Shown piece by piece: positions 39,007 to 50,500 of a stretch of 64,000 nt of DNA; position 1 is the stretch's first letter, and the number at the start of each line of letters is the position of its first letter. Position numbers and translations under genes: made by a program. Below the pieces are notes generated by a model, which searched no databases, was not told the origin of the DNA, and worked only from the letters and a program-made list of their open reading frames with translations. Source of the stretch: Cyanobacteria bacterium P01_D01_bin.156 (lineage in GTDB: Bacteria > Cyanobacteriota > Cyanobacteriia > Phormidesmidales > Phormidesmidaceae); contig JBCCQQ010000023.1 in assembly GCA_039024555.1 (NCBI GenBank), positions 16,094 to 80,093 on the forward strand, written 5' to 3'.

Positions 39007-39064
39007 ATTTCAACATTAGAACTAGTCTAGGTGTTGAAATTTTTTAAAATAAGAATTATTCTAA
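39007..39064. promoter_or_regulatory. Per/Fur-box operator region
   Basis: 7-1-7 box TAAGAAT-T-ATTCTAA (39050-64) and a degenerate box TTAGAAC-T-AGTCTAG (39016-30), the latter inside the inverted repeat ATTTCAACA/TGTTGAAAT. Confidence 0.65.
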
Positions 39065-39173
39065 GTTAGGAAGGCAAAAGCGCAGTTGGGTAATTCCGGT
39101 GATAGCACCGTTTGAATTTTCTCTTCAGGCTTCCGCCGCAGATCCACCTAAACGTCAAATACAGGAAATTATC

Positions 39174-39746
39174 ATGGCTGTTATCGAAAAAGTACCCAGC
39201 GTTGTATTTAAGACCCGCGTTCGTGATGAGTCTGTTGAAGGGCCTAACCCCTACCGCTGGCAAGATACAACAACTGAAGATATTTTCGCTGGTAAGAAAA
39301 TTGTTGTGTTCTCTCTTCCTGGTGCGTTCACACCCACCTGCTCTTCTAACCACCTACCCCGTTACGAAGAGCTAGCTGATGAGATGAAGGCCCTAGGCGT
39401 TGATGACATTTACTGCCTATCTGTAAATGATGCCTTTGTGATGTTCCAGTGGGGCAAGCAACAGGGTGCGGCTAAGGTAAAGCTGCTTCCCGATGGTAAC
39501 GGCGAGTTCTCTCGTAAGATGGGAATGTTGGTGGACAAGTCCAACCTAGGCTTTGGTATGCGTTCCTGGCGTTATTCTATGGTCGTAAACGATATGACCA
39601 TTGAGAAAATGTTTGCTGAGCCTGACTTTGGTGACAACTGCCCCACAGACCCCTTTGAGGTATCTGATGCAGACACTATGTTGGCTTACCTCAAGGGTGC
39701 TGAAGCGCCTGGTGTATCTGCGCCAGTTAAAGAGTTTGTTGGCTAA
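39174..39746 (+). CDS. Type II peroxiredoxin (Prx5/PrxII family)
   Basis: [38 protein letters not shown]. Confidence 0.95.
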   Translation: MAVIEKVPSVVFKTRVRDESVEGPNPYRWQDTTTEDIFAGKKIVVFSLPGAFTPTCSSNHLPRYEELADEMKALGVDDIYCLSVNDAFVMFQWGKQQGAAKVKLLPDGNGEFSRKMGMLVDKSNLGFGMRSWRYSMVVNDMTIEKMFAEPDFGDNCPTDPFEVSDADTMLAYLKGAEAPGVSAPVKEFVG

Positions 39747-40111
39747 TTTTAGTCCCAGACTAGGTTAGGTAACTTCATCGGGGCAAAGAAGGTTCGTCAT
39801 TTGTCTTCTTTGCCTTCTACTTCCCTAATGGATTGTTGTCAGCGGCAGAAAAGATAGGTCGTTTTAATCGCTCTTTAGACTGGCTCCTTTCTCTACACCT
39901 CTGGAGCAGCTGCGTCTTTGATTCGTCGGTTTAAGAGCAGATTCTACATTGTTGAAAGTTCTTAGAGCATGTGTTTTTACTGATCAAGAGTTGACCGAGC
40001 TTGCGCCTCAGTTATTTTTTAAGCTTATTTCAAGCCTGAATTAAGCCATACTTTTATCAACTAACTCACTCCTCCCACGTTTATGCCTGTTCAAGGCAGA
40101 GTAAGAAAGCC

Positions 40112-41110
40112 ATGAAAATCTCCAGTGCCAATATCGAAAACCATCTAGATACAATCTATGACGCCATTGTTGTTGGTGGTGGCATGGGTGGTCTTTCGGC
40201 AGCGATTTATTTAGCCCGCTACGGTCTTAAATGTTTGGTGATTGAGAAGGGTAAAGGGCGTTCGATTTGGATGCAAGAGACCCGAAATATGTTGGGCCTT
40301 GACCCTACGACACCGGGGCGTAATATTCTCACCCATGGTAAAAAGCAGGCTTTGGAATGGGGCTCCGATCATTTACAAGGGTTTGTGGATAAGGTGACGG
40401 ATGAAGGGGAGACATTTGCTGTAGATGTCACCATCGGTCGGAAAAATGGCAAGCAATATACCCTACATAGCAAATATATAATTGCGGCCTCTGGTGTGAT
40501 TGATGTGTTGCCGGAGTTGGAAGACATGCAAAATGTCTATGACTATGCGGGATACACACTTCACGTCTGTATGATCTGCGATGGTTTTGATATGTGGGAC
40601 CAAAAAGCGGTGGTGATGGTCAGTCGTGAGTCCCAAATTAATGTAGCGTTTGTACTGAACTGGTTTACGCCCTATATATCTGTTCTCACCAATGGATTTA
40701 CGGTAGGAGATGAAATGAAGCAAAAATTGGCCGACTATGGATATCCTCTGTACGAAGCGCCAATTAAGCAGATCTTAGGTGAGAACCATCGCATGAGTGG
40801 TGTTGAGCTAGCTGACGGAACTGTGGTAGAAGCGACCACCGGTCTGATTAATATGGGCTCGATTTATCACAATCACTACCTGAAAGATATTGAGGGGCTG
40901 ACCTGGGATGGTGAGAATTTGGTAACGAATACCATGGCTCAAACCACCCATGATCGTATTTTTGCAGTGGGCGATCTTAAGCAAGGGCTGAATCAAGTGT
41001 CTGTCGCAGTGGCCGATGGCACCTTAGCGGCAACCCAAATTTGGCGATACATTCGCCGCAAGAGCGCGCCACGCAAGTGGGAAGAGAATTTAGTGTCTGC
41101 TTCTGTTTAG
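40112..41110 (+). CDS. Thioredoxin-reductase-fold flavoprotein lacking the NADPH motif (DDOR-like)
   Basis: GGGMGG FAD motif, HVCMICDG, AVGD..GLNQVSVA; no GxGxxA in the second domain. Confidence 0.8.
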   Translation: MKISSANIENHLDTIYDAIVVGGGMGGLSAAIYLARYGLKCLVIEKGKGRSIWMQETRNMLGLDPTTPGRNILTHGKKQALEWGSDHLQGFVDKVTDEGETFAVDVTIGRKNGKQYTLHSKYIIAASGVIDVLPELEDMQNVYDYAGYTLHVCMICDGFDMWDQKAVVMVSRESQINVAFVLNWFTPYISVLTNGFTVGDEMKQKLADYGYPLYEAPIKQILGENHRMSGVELADGTVVEATTGLINMGSIYHNHYLKDIEGLTWDGENLVTNTMAQTTHDRIFAVGDLKQGLNQVSVAVADGTLAATQIWRYIRRKSAPRKWEENLVSASV

Positions 41111-41137
41111 AAAAGAGATAAGAATTGGACTTGGCAG

Positions 41138-41184
41138 TCGGAGTTCTGAATGGGGAATGGGTTCCTATTTAGAACTCCGATTTC
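41138..41184 (+). terminator. Terminator-like hairpin
   Basis: TCGGAGTTCT...AGAACTCCGA followed by TTT. Confidence 0.55.
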
Positions 41185-41408
41185 TATATAGGTGCTGTTC
41201 TGACTGCTAAAAATTCGCCTTCTGAACCCATCTAAGTGAGCCAAGAAAATGCCCGTCAGATGCTAAGCTTCTGAATCGGTTTTATGCTGACAAAGAGTAT
41301 CTGGGCCTAAAGACGGCGCAGTCGGCTGCAGAGTTTTCTGTGGGTCGGTGCTCAGCACTGGTTCAGTAACTGGGGTAGAACTACAAGGGGCTGTTTATTT
41401 CTTCGCTT

Positions 41409-42287
41409 ATGCCGTGGGTCCGTATTGCTAGTGGTGGGGTTGCGATCGCAATTGCCCTAATGATGATTATTCTAGGAGGCTGGTACTTCACATTAGGGTT
41501 TGGCATCATCGTCTACCTTGGTCAGCTGGAGGTATTTGGATTAACCAAGGCAAAAGGAATCAACGCCGCAGTGAAAACTACACTGATTGTTAGTCAAGTG
41601 TTGCTCATTGCAGCTTACCTTGCCCCTGGCCTGACCGATGCCATTCTGTCTCTGGCGGGTACGTGTATTTGCTTTTATGTGCTGTTTCTACCCAAGTTTG
41701 CCTCCATTGCAGATGTAGCCGCATCCATTCTGGGACTATTTTATGGAGGCTATCTGCCCAGTTATTGGATTCGCCTACGTGGATGGGAAAGTAGCGCTGC
41801 CAATCTGCCCCTCGGTGGCTATTGGCCCTCTAGTTGGAGTTTAGACAGCTTGCCTCTCGGTCTGATCCATACCTTTTTAGCGTTTGCCTGTATTTGGGCT
41901 GCCGATATTGGCGCCTATGCTGCTGGACGTGCCTTTGGCCGTACGCCCCTCACGAACATTAGCCCAAAAAAAACGGTGGAAGGTGCCCTGTGCGGTATTG
42001 CTGGTAGCTTAATCATCGGTAGCACAGGGGCTTGGTTAATGCAGTGGCCACTGTGGTGGGCAACCGGCCCAGCGTTTGGGACCATTATTGGCGTGTCTAG
42101 CCTGCTGGGCGACCTGACTGAATCGCTGATGAAACGGGATGCTGGTGTCAAGGATTCAGGCTCATTAATTCCTGGTCATGGGGGTATTTTAGACCGCACC
42201 GATAGCTATGTTTTCACGGCACCCCTCGTGTTTTATTTCATCACCCTATTCTTGCCAAGTTTGCCAGGTACCTGGCCAGGGAGTTAG
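41409..42287 (+). CDS. cdsA: Phosphatidate cytidylyltransferase
   Basis: [41 protein letters not shown]. Confidence 0.97.
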   Translation: MPWVRIASGGVAIAIALMMIILGGWYFTLGFGIIVYLGQLEVFGLTKAKGINAAVKTTLIVSQVLLIAAYLAPGLTDAILSLAGTCICFYVLFLPKFASIADVAASILGLFYGGYLPSYWIRLRGWESSAANLPLGGYWPSSWSLDSLPLGLIHTFLAFACIWAADIGAYAAGRAFGRTPLTNISPKKTVEGALCGIAGSLIIGSTGAWLMQWPLWWATGPAFGTIIGVSSLLGDLTESLMKRDAGVKDSGSLIPGHGGILDRTDSYVFTAPLVFYFITLFLPSLPGTWPGS

Positions 42288-42327
42288 GGAAGCTGTCGGT
42301 GGCGGAAGAGTTTCCAAAGATGCTTTA

Positions 42328-42415
42328 AATTAGGAATTCGGAGTTCGGAACTAGGAATTCCCCCTCACTCCCGCAATTTCAATTCCGACTTCCTAATTCT
42401 CATTTCCGAATTCAT
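42328..42415. repeat. STRR-like heptamer tandem repeats in inverted arrangement
   Basis: AATTAGG-AATTCGG-AGTTCGG-AACTAGG followed by complementary-type AATTCCG-ACTTCCT-AATTCTC-ATTTCCG units, between convergent genes. Confidence 0.6.
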
Positions 42416-42456
42416 TCCTCTAGCCAACCTTGTCCGACTGTAGGTAATACCCTGTC

Positions 42457-43203
42457 CTAAGGCTGCACCATGATTTTGCAGTGACAAGTGAGCTGTTCGT
42501 TTTTGATGACTAATGTGTCTAGCTGCACCTGTTGTCCTAGATCCCACGGGAAATTTGTCAGTGCTTGACTCAGTACCTGTTCACCATTTGGTAGACACCA
42601 GTGGGTTTCCACCAGTTTTAATATATGTCCCTGTTCCACAGTTAGCCGTCCACATAATGTGATTGCGGCTTGTTCTTGACGCATTAACGACAGCAGTAAG
42701 CCACCATCTACAGGCTGTAGTTTGGGCTGATATGCGTGCAGTGGTTTACTTTGCAAAGCTTCCATCTCGGTGCCGTAGTGGGTAACGATCTCTGTAGCGA
42801 CATCCTCCCGAGTCAATAAGGTTTGCCAAACCTCCAAGAGCCCCTGGGCCAGACTAGAGTCGGTAGAGGATTTTACTAAGTCTTGGCTGGTTAGCCTTAC
42901 GTCTCCGTCAATGGGAAAAGCCTGTTTGAGACGTAAGGCTTTTCCTCGTAAAACTTGGCCAATATTAATTTGAATATCGCTGGCCTGCACAGCGACATCT
43001 GTGATGTGTACTCCATGATAAACCGCATGTTGAGCCGATAGGGCTATCCCAGGAATATGGCCAGTGAGCACCTGGCGATCCGTAGCCTGAATGTCAAAGT
43101 TCAGCTCCCCAATGTCATCCAGCTGACTCTGTAGCCAGAACTTAACGGCTACCGGCAGTACACGACTTATCAGGCGACTGCCCTGGGTAGATGACGTAGA
43201 CAT
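42457..43203 (-). CDS. DUF2993 / LmeA-like protein
   Basis: 'LISRVLPVAVKFWLQSQ', 'DRQVLTGHIP', 'INIGQVLRGKALRL'; start set at MSTSST. Confidence 0.75.
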   Translation of the reverse strand: MSTSSTQGSRLISRVLPVAVKFWLQSQLDDIGELNFDIQATDRQVLTGHIPGIALSAQHAVYHGVHITDVAVQASDIQINIGQVLRGKALRLKQAFPIDGDVRLTSQDLVKSSTDSSLAQGLLEVWQTLLTREDVATEIVTHYGTEMEALQSKPLHAYQPKLQPVDGGLLLSLMRQEQAAITLCGRLTVEQGHILKLVETHWCLPNGEQVLSQALTNFPWDLGQQVQLDTLVIKNEQLTCHCKIMVQP

Positions 43204-43532
43204 AAAGATGGTCTGGGAATTTTCAGCCCCGATCATTGCATAGATTGCGCAATTGGTGATGATGTTTGAGATCGCAGACACTTAAACGATCCCGAAAAGT
43301 TATAGAAGCATGACTTTTGATGGTGAGGTTGCTCTCAGTGAGATCAGTATGTCATGAATTACTGATATAAAAAATCCTGAAAACTCTGAAAACTCGATAG
43401 GGTGATGATTTTGTGGGGATCGTTTTGGCTGATCCCGGTTGATCCCCAAATACTTTCCTGGCATGATAATTAATAGAAGCGATCCCCAGGGTGGGCTAGC
43501 GCAACAATCTTGCAGTGCTGAAGGACAAGGGT

Positions 43533-44738
43533 ATGGCTATGGGTAATGGTTCCAAGATTCCGTTAGAGGAAATGACGCTACGGCAGTTGCGTCTGGTGGC
43601 AAGTGAGTACGAAGTCTCTCGCTACAGCCGTATGCGCAAGGTTGAGCTAGTTGAAGCAATTCGTGCTGCACAGGGAGTAAAGGGGGAGCCTGCTGCGCCT
43701 GCTGCCGCCGCCGCACCTGTCGCTGTTGAGTCTGCAGCTCCCATGGCGATGGCAGAGCTGGCTACAGTGGATGACGGCTTTGGTGATTTGCCAGGCGGCT
43801 ATGGTGAGAGCCGCATTGTGCTCATGCCCCGCGACCCTGAATGGGCTTATGTCTACTGGGATATTCCTGGCAGCCACAAGGAAGAAATGCGCCGTCAGGG
43901 TGGTGTTCGTCTAGCAATTCGTTTTTATGATGTCACTGACATCGACATCAATTCTGTTGCCCCCCACAGCCTGCAGCAGTATGAATGTGATGAGATGGCA
44001 CGGGAATGGTTCTTGCCAATTCCGGTTAGCGATCGCGACTACGTTGCTGAAATCGGCTATGTTGCTGCGGACGGTCGCTGGCTGCTGATGGCCCGTTCTG
44101 CGCCCATTCATATTCCTCCGGTATATCCTTCCGACTGGATTGAAGACCACTTTGTTACCGTCAACTTTGACGATGACCTCCGTGGTAAGACCATTATGAC
44201 TCTGGTGCCCCCTAGCCAGAAGGCTCTGGGTGTGGATGCTGAGGGTAACCCCATCTACGACGAGATCTTCGCTAAGGCCCAATCCATGGAAGCCCAGCGT
44301 ATTGCGGGTTCTCTATTCGGGTCTATGCATCAGGTTCCTGAGGAATCTGTGAGTTCCTTTGTTTTCCCCTCCGGTGCGGGTATGTGGGCATTGCCAACTG
44401 CGTCTGGCATCAATATGTCTGGCGCGGGCTTCTCTGCCTCTGCTCCTCCGGTCCGTCCTCGCAAGTTCTGGTTGATTGCGGATGCTGAGCTGATTGTGTA
44501 TGGTGCGACTGAGCCCGACGCCACTGTGACCATCGGTAGTCGTAAGATTGACCTCAACCCCGATGGTACTTTCCGCTTCCAGATGTCCTTCCAGGATGGT
44601 CTCATTGATTACCCCATCAAAGCGGTTGCTGTGGATGGTGAGCAGACTCGCTCCATCCAAATGAAGTTCACTCGCGAAACCCCTGAGCGTAATACCAACA
44701 CTAAGGCAGAAGCCGTAGAAGAGTGGTTTGCGTTTTAG
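43533..44738 (+). CDS. DUF4912 protein with Rho-N-like N-terminal domain
   Basis: LEEMTLRQLR..YSRMRK.EL; LPGGYGESRIVLMPRDPEWAYVYWD; FWLIADAELIVYGATEPDA. Confidence 0.85.
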   Translation: MAMGNGSKIPLEEMTLRQLRLVASEYEVSRYSRMRKVELVEAIRAAQGVKGEPAAPAAAAAPVAVESAAPMAMAELATVDDGFGDLPGGYGESRIVLMPRDPEWAYVYWDIPGSHKEEMRRQGGVRLAIRFYDVTDIDINSVAPHSLQQYECDEMAREWFLPIPVSDRDYVAEIGYVAADGRWLLMARSAPIHIPPVYPSDWIEDHFVTVNFDDDLRGKTIMTLVPPSQKALGVDAEGNPIYDEIFAKAQSMEAQRIAGSLFGSMHQVPEESVSSFVFPSGAGMWALPTASGINMSGAGFSASAPPVRPRKFWLIADAELIVYGATEPDATVTIGSRKIDLNPDGTFRFQMSFQDGLIDYPIKAVAVDGEQTRSIQMKFTRETPERNTNTKAEAVEEWFAF

Positions 44739-44776
44739 GTTGAGCGCTCTACGCTGACCTCTGTTTCAAACTAGTT

Positions 44777-44812
44777 AAAGGATGTAGATTTAGAACCTAC
44801 ATCCTTTTTTTT
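44777..44812 (+). terminator. Intrinsic terminator
   Basis: AAAGGATGTAG/CTACATCCTTT stem followed by a T run. Confidence 0.8.
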
Positions 44813-44879
44813 ATGCTGAGAAGCTAGGCCCAACTTTAGAGACTACGCTATGGTGCTATGAGGCGACTTACGCACCTGC

Positions 44880-45470
44880 ATGACCCCCCAAGATATTTTC
44901 TATCAACTCCAAACTCGGTTTGGTGCAGATTGTTTAACTGTGCCTGCTGAGGATACCTGGCAAATAGACACCCCTGAACTGCGTTTGCTAGTTGTGGTAT
45001 CTCAAAATCAAACTTGGCTGCAAATGCTGATTCCCATTGTGCCCCTGGCCGAGGCGCAACCGTTTCTAAAGGAAATTTTGGCGGCCAACTTCGAGCAAAC
45101 TCAAACGGCTCGCTATGCCATCTATGAAGATGCACTGTGGGGAGTCTTTCAACATTGTTTGGAGACGTTGGATCCAATGGATTTCTCCGTTGCCTTAGAA
45201 CAGTTGCTCAGTATGAAAGCGACCGGGGTCTCTTCGTTTTTTAATGATGTTATTGAAACCCGCATTCGCCAGCTGATCATCGCAGCTAAACTGCGGGGAC
45301 AGTCCCTAGAAGCCACAATGCAAACCATTAGTCGGTTTTATGCTGAGGGGATGATGGGAGATATGCAGGACAGCAACTATGGAGAACGAGCTTTAGGAGC
45401 ATGGCAGAAACAGCTAGAACGTCTATGGCCTGAAGTTAATCCACCGCAGACCGCTGCCAACAATGACTAA
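44880..45470 (+). CDS. Conserved protein, YbjN/T3SS-chaperone-like fold
   Basis: 'LLVVVSQNQTWL', 'LAANFEQTQTARYA', 'LWGVFQH'. Confidence 0.7.
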   Translation: MTPQDIFYQLQTRFGADCLTVPAEDTWQIDTPELRLLVVVSQNQTWLQMLIPIVPLAEAQPFLKEILAANFEQTQTARYAIYEDALWGVFQHCLETLDPMDFSVALEQLLSMKATGVSSFFNDVIETRIRQLIIAAKLRGQSLEATMQTISRFYAEGMMGDMQDSNYGERALGAWQKQLERLWPEVNPPQTAANND

Positions 45471-45864
45471 TCAAGACTCTACAATCTTCACAGTAATTGA
45501 GCATGTCAAAGCCGATTACAAACGGTTTCCGAACGATCAAACCTATGAGCTGTATGCAGAGGATGTGTATTTCAAAGATCCGATGAATGCGTTTCGTGGT
45601 GTGGCTCAATATCAGCGCATGATCGGATTTATCGACCGATGGTTTCACAATATCGATCTAGAGCTACATGGTGTAGATATCAAAACAGACGATACCTTTA
45701 CTACGCGTTGGACACTTCACTTTACAGCCCCTACTCCATGGCAACCTCGAATATCTATTCCTGGCTGGAGTGAACTTCAACTCAATACTGCCGGGCTGAT
45801 TTGTTCTCATGTTGACTATTGGGACTGCTCAAGATGGGCTGTGCTTAAGCAATTATTTGTCTAG
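45463..45864 (+). CDS. DUF2358 / SnoaL-like protein
   Basis: YAEDVYFKDPMNAFRG, TRWTL, SHVDYW. Confidence 0.85.
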   Translation: MTNQDSTIFTVIEHVKADYKRFPNDQTYELYAEDVYFKDPMNAFRGVAQYQRMIGFIDRWFHNIDLELHGVDIKTDDTFTTRWTLHFTAPTPWQPRISIPGWSELQLNTAGLICSHVDYWDCSRWAVLKQLFV

Positions 45865-45970
45865 GCGATTGTCGATATAGACGGCATACTTAATGTCTAA
45901 TTGGCTCTTAAAAATGCCTGAATAGCAGGTGGGTTCACGACACAATCAGTGCTAATTTTCATACTTGGTA

Positions 45971-46732
45971 ATGAGTAACCTCAATCCAACTGAACGGTTT
46001 TCAGACCGGGTAGCTGACTACATTAAGTATCGACCTGATTATCCAGTAGCTCTAATGGAGTACCTGGTGGAGTGTTGTCAATTAAAGCCAGACCATGTGG
46101 TTGCTGATATTGGTTCAGGAACAGGACTATTAACCCAACCCTTTCTTGAGTATGGCAACCGGATATATGGTGTTGAGCCCAATGTCAATATGCGGCAAGC
46201 GGCAGAATCAAGGTTATCTGCCTATGCCAAGTTTGAGAGTGTGTTTGGTCAAGCAGAGGCCACGACCCTAGCTGCAAATTCTGTAGACTGGATTATTGCT
46301 GGTCAAGCGTTTCACTGGTTTGAACCTAGGGCTACTCGACAGGAGTTTAAGCGTATTTTGGTGCCTGGAGGTAATATTGCCCTCATTTGGAACAGTCGCT
46401 CCATGAGCGATCCATTTCATCAGGCGTATGAGACTTTTTTATTGACCCATGCTCCTGATTATCCCAATGTTCGTCGTCAAAAAGTCACACCAGAGGCGTT
46501 GGTTCAGTTTTTTGCTCCAGCAACTATGAAAACTGCCTCATTTGAGCATCATCAGGTGTTTGGTTTTGAGGGCTTGAAGGGCCGTTTGCTATCTTGCTCC
46601 TATGCGCCTAAAGAAGATGCAAAAAACTATGGAGAAATGATGGCAGATTTGCGATCGCTCTTTCTTCGTTACAGCCACGCGAATCAGCTTATTTTCCGCT
46701 ACACAACAAATCTCTATTACGCTCAGCCATAG
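45971..46732 (+). CDS. Class I SAM-dependent methyltransferase
   Basis: YRPDYP, ADIGSGTG, GVEPN, GQAFHWF. Confidence 0.9.
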   Translation: MSNLNPTERFSDRVADYIKYRPDYPVALMEYLVECCQLKPDHVVADIGSGTGLLTQPFLEYGNRIYGVEPNVNMRQAAESRLSAYAKFESVFGQAEATTLAANSVDWIIAGQAFHWFEPRATRQEFKRILVPGGNIALIWNSRSMSDPFHQAYETFLLTHAPDYPNVRRQKVTPEALVQFFAPATMKTASFEHHQVFGFEGLKGRLLSCSYAPKEDAKNYGEMMADLRSLFLRYSHANQLIFRYTTNLYYAQP

Positions 46733-46743
46733 AATAACAATAA

Positions 46744-46775
46744 AAAAGGAGAGACATAAACGCATCTCTCCTTTT
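46744..46775. terminator. Bidirectional terminator
   Basis: AAAAGGAGAGA...TCTCTCCTTTT between convergent genes. Confidence 0.7.
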
Positions 46776-46800
46776 CCCGTAAGCGTAAAATTTTTATCCT

Positions 46801-47976
46801 TTAGGAAGCGAATCGAATTTTGAGATAATCATCTTCCATCTTGGCTCCGGCAGGTTGAAGGGCCGCTAAAGCCTGGGGTAGCACTAAATTACGACGATGA
46901 TTGCCAATGCGGATATTGAGTTCATCAGCACTCTTACTCAGCTCAACTTGGCTTTTTGGAATGCCTGGTAGATAAACTTCTAAGCTGTAATTATTCTCTT
47001 CTTGCACCACCCGTAGCGTGGTTTCCTTGTAGTATACCTGTGTGGGATCTTCGTCACCGTAGATGGTTTCTTTTAACCGTTCCAGGGCTTGGATGCCGCA
47101 CATCTCTTCTGAGAACAACGGTACCTCCTTAACCGGTAAGGGGCGGAAGTCGTCGTGAATCTCTTGCCGATAAGTTTGTTGGTTCTCTTTCCATCGCTGG
47201 AAGAATGGATCGGTAACGCTGTCAGGGATAATCCGATTGGCGACCACCATATCAGTACCAACATTATAAAGACTCAAGTAAGCATGGGCCCGTAGCGATT
47301 CCTTGATGACCATTTTTTCAGGGTTGGTCACCAAGCGGACTGATGTCGTCGTCGTATCTGTGAGTACTTTTTCCAGTTCTACTAGCTGTTCGTAAAACTC
47401 ATAGGGAGCGTCCATGACTTCATTGGTGGGCAACGAAAACCCTGCCACGGGACGGAATAATGGCTCAACAATAGGGCGTAGAGCCGCAGAAACCGCTTGG
47501 AATGGCTTGTATAGCTTGCGCATGTACCAGCCGGCTACTTCCGGTAAGCTCAGCAACCGTAGGGCTGTGCCTGTTGGCGCAGAGTCGATGATCAGCACAT
47601 CATACTCATTCTCATCATGGTGCCGCTTCATACGTACCAAGCTAAAAATTTCATCCATTCCTGGCAAAATCGCCAGTTCTTCGGCCTCTACCCCCTCTAA
47701 TCCACGCGCTTGCAGTACCTGGGTAATGTAGCGCTTGACTGCTCCCCAGTTACCTTCTAGTTCGCGCAGGGCATCGAGTTCTGCACCCCACAGATTGGGT
47801 TTTACCTCACGGGGTGTGTGCTCCAGCTCCATATCAAAGCTATCGGCCAGGGAGTGGGCCGGATCAGTACTGAGTACCAGGGTCTTATAGCCCAATTCAG
47901 CACAGCGTAGACCTGTCGCCGCTGCCACCGACGTTTTACCAACGCCGCCCTTACCCGTCATCAGGAGTACGCGCAT
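46801..47976 (-). CDS. ArsA/GET3 family ATPase with C-terminal alpha-crystallin-like domain
   Basis: [23 protein letters not shown]-terminal '[17 protein letters not shown]'. Confidence 0.92.
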   Translation of the reverse strand: MRVLLMTGKGGVGKTSVAAATGLRCAELGYKTLVLSTDPAHSLADSFDMELEHTPREVKPNLWGAELDALRELEGNWGAVKRYITQVLQARGLEGVEAEELAILPGMDEIFSLVRMKRHHDENEYDVLIIDSAPTGTALRLLSLPEVAGWYMRKLYKPFQAVSAALRPIVEPLFRPVAGFSLPTNEVMDAPYEFYEQLVELEKVLTDTTTTSVRLVTNPEKMVIKESLRAHAYLSLYNVGTDMVVANRIIPDSVTDPFFQRWKENQQTYRQEIHDDFRPLPVKEVPLFSEEMCGIQALERLKETIYGDEDPTQVYYKETTLRVVQEENNYSLEVYLPGIPKSQVELSKSADELNIRIGNHRRNLVLPQALAALQPAGAKMEDDYLKIRFAS

Positions 47977-48178
47977 ACCTACCTTAGAAACGTTTACATT
48001 GTTTTACTTTAACGAGTTTTTACAACTGCGGCAGACCTGTTTGGTACACGATCTCAAAATTTGTTACCTGGTTAGCGCTATTAGTTAGTGCTCATTTCAG
48101 CAGGGAACTATGCAGATATCGCATTTTGTGGAACGCCCGTCATGTCTGGCGCGTCTCCAATCAGGTGGAGGAATCATC

Positions 48179-48580
48179 ATGCTTAAAAAATTAATGCTGC
48201 TGGGGTCTGCCCTTGCCATTGCTGCGCCTACGGTCCAGGCTGCTGACTGTGTATACCGGTGTGGGTCGGATGAAATTCGGTTGAACCCTGGTCAAAACGT
48301 CACCTTAGAAGTGGTCAATCATACCGGGGGGCGGGTAAGCCTAGAGCGCGTGTCTGATTTTCAGCCCTATGGCATGTGGCCGGATCAGATGCTAACCATC
48401 GATGCTCAGGTTGGCATGGGTGATCTATCTGTCGTGTTTTGGGAAGCAGCCCAGCGTCCCATAGAGGTACGTCTCCATCGTCCTGATAGTGATGTACTGA
48501 AAATTGAATTGCTGCCCAGCGGTACGGTCAACGATAGTGCTGTACACATTGTTAACGACGGGCGCGTGATGGTGTATTAG
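48179..48580 (+). CDS. Hypothetical secreted protein
   Basis: GGAGG RBS; signal peptide MLKKLMLL...VQA; CxxxC near the mature N-terminus. Confidence 0.7.
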   Translation: MLKKLMLLGSALAIAAPTVQAADCVYRCGSDEIRLNPGQNVTLEVVNHTGGRVSLERVSDFQPYGMWPDQMLTIDAQVGMGDLSVVFWEAAQRPIEVRLHRPDSDVLKIELLPSGTVNDSAVHIVNDGRVMVY

Positions 48581-48649
48581 GCGATATAGTACATTTGTTG
48601 CGATCGCTGTGCTTCCAGCGACGTGTATTTGTCTAAATCGTGTGTTGTC

Positions 48650-49834
48650 ATGGCCATCATTTCCTCCAAACAGCCGGAATCCAATAAGCCAGACAATCAC
48701 ACGGCAAATAATCAGAAGCCAGATACCCAAAAGGCAGATAAGCAGACGCCTGCACCTGCCAAAAAGAATCAGCTTTTAGAAAGCGCCGCCCGTCCGGATG
48801 AGGTCACCGAGCTCAGCCGTAATGAAGACGGTATCCGCCCCCAGACGTTGGATGACTATATCGGTCAAAAGGCGCTTAAAGAAGTTTTGCAGATTGCCAT
48901 TCAAGCGGCTCAGTCACGTCAGGAGCCGCTGGATCACCTATTGCTCTATGGGCCACCAGGATTAGGGAAAACCACGATGGCCCTGATTTTGGCTCAGGAA
49001 ATGAAGGTGGACTGCAAAATTACCACAGCACCTGCCCTGGAGCGCCCTCGCGACATTGCTGGTCTGTTGGTCAATGCTAAGGCAGGAGACATCTTATTTA
49101 TTGATGAGATTCATCGTCTATCGCGGGTGACTGAAGAGATTTTATATCCGGCCATGGAAGATGCCCGGCTGGATATCACCATCGGTAAAGGGCAGAGCGC
49201 TAGAACCCGAAGTATTCCGCTGCAGCCCTTCACCTTAGTGGGCGCTACAACAAAAGTAGGGGCTCTCACATCGCCGTTACGCGATCGCTTTGGTCTGATC
49301 CAGCGGCTGCGTTTTTACGAGCTGGATGAACTCACCAACATTATTCTGCGTACAGCAACCGTGCTCAAAACAGAGATTGAAGAACCTGGAGCTATGGAAA
49401 TTGCCCGTCGGGCAAGAGGTACACCGCGAATTGCCAATCGCTTGCTGAAGCGTGTGCGGGATTATGTGCAGGTAAAAGCGTCAGGGCCGATAACGGAAAA
49501 AATCGCTGGGGAAGCTCTAGAGCTCTTCAATGTAGATCCCTGTGGGCTAGATTGGACAGATCGGCGGTTACTGTCCGTGATGATCGAGAACTTTAATGGT
49601 GGTCCAGTGGGGCTGGACACAATGGCTGCAGCCACGGGTGAAGACGCTCAGACCATTGAGGAGGTATATGAGCCCTATTTGTTGCAGATTGGCTATTTAC
49701 AACGTACTCCAAGGGGCCGAATTGCCACCCCAGCTGCCTGGAAACATTTAGGTTACCAGGTGCCTGAACGCCCTACACTAGTACCTCAGCAAGAGCTTGG
49801 CGAGGATAGTAGTGATCAACTGTCGCTAATGTGA
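48650..49834 (+). CDS. ruvB: Holliday junction helicase
   Basis: [55 protein letters not shown]. Confidence 0.98.
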   Translation: MAIISSKQPESNKPDNHTANNQKPDTQKADKQTPAPAKKNQLLESAARPDEVTELSRNEDGIRPQTLDDYIGQKALKEVLQIAIQAAQSRQEPLDHLLLYGPPGLGKTTMALILAQEMKVDCKITTAPALERPRDIAGLLVNAKAGDILFIDEIHRLSRVTEEILYPAMEDARLDITIGKGQSARTRSIPLQPFTLVGATTKVGALTSPLRDRFGLIQRLRFYELDELTNIILRTATVLKTEIEEPGAMEIARRARGTPRIANRLLKRVRDYVQVKASGPITEKIAGEALELFNVDPCGLDWTDRRLLSVMIENFNGGPVGLDTMAAATGEDAQTIEEVYEPYLLQIGYLQRTPRGRIATPAAWKHLGYQVPERPTLVPQQELGEDSSDQLSLM

Positions 49835-50500
49835 TTTTCACAGAAAACTTCTAACTCTGACCTTTTCCAATAAGTTCACCAGGATGGCATGGGTTTAATG
49901 CCAGTTATAAGCACAACAGCTCAGTACAACAGCTAAGAGCATGGGTGAATCCTGCGTTAGTGCAGAATGGCTTCCACAGTTCAACTTACTAATCTAATTT
50001 ATTTGAAACTTTGCAATAGTTATCCGGTCATAAGTGTCACCTTTTGGGAATATTTAAGGAAATACTTTCGAGCCCTTTGTGGCCTCTGTTGCATACATTC
50101 AGTAGAGTTCACAGTTCTGAAGCTTGCTATCTAACAGTGGCAACACTTATCCATTGATGAAGTCTATGCGAAAAATGGTGGCAAATAACGGATCTATTCG
50201 TTACGAGCTAGTCAAGTTAGCTGTTATATCGCAATAATTTTTGTCGCTTTCTTCTAGCCTCAGTTATGTGCAAAACGTTATTCCTTTATTCCAGCCATTA
50301 CTAAAACTATCCCAGCCATTTAAAGACCTTTCATATCTTCTAGTCAGTTACGCTGATCTCGCATGTCCTTCAATTCCCATAGGGAACATACATTGCTTGT
50401 GAGTGCCGTTAATGACTAAAGAAACAAAGCTGTCAACATATTTCTGGTTTGTGGGTTCCTGTAGTTCTAAAATTTAGCTCCTTTAATTGTACGAATAGGT

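Noticed and set aside
39747..40111. Possible riboswitch or sRNA between prx and the flavoprotein gene
   Set aside because: Only a terminator-like hairpin (~39782-39814) is evident, with no recognisable aptamer consensus.
42365..42547. 60-aa minus-strand ORF
   Set aside because: It overlaps the DUF2993 gene end and runs into heptamer repeats, so it is likely spurious.
43647..45177. Several antisense or alternative-frame ORFs over DUF4912 and its neighbours (and similar short ORFs across the window)
   Set aside because: They are shadow ORFs overlapping well-supported genes and have no recognisable motifs.
46801..47976. Arsenic-resistance operon
   Set aside because: No arsB/arsC/arsR neighbours; a single ATPase domain plus alpha-crystallin tail indicates the Get3-like class.
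48660..48770. Low-complexity K/Q/P/D/N-rich N-terminal extension of RuvB
   Set aside because: Probably a variable disordered linker from short degenerate repeats; no evidence of a separate function.
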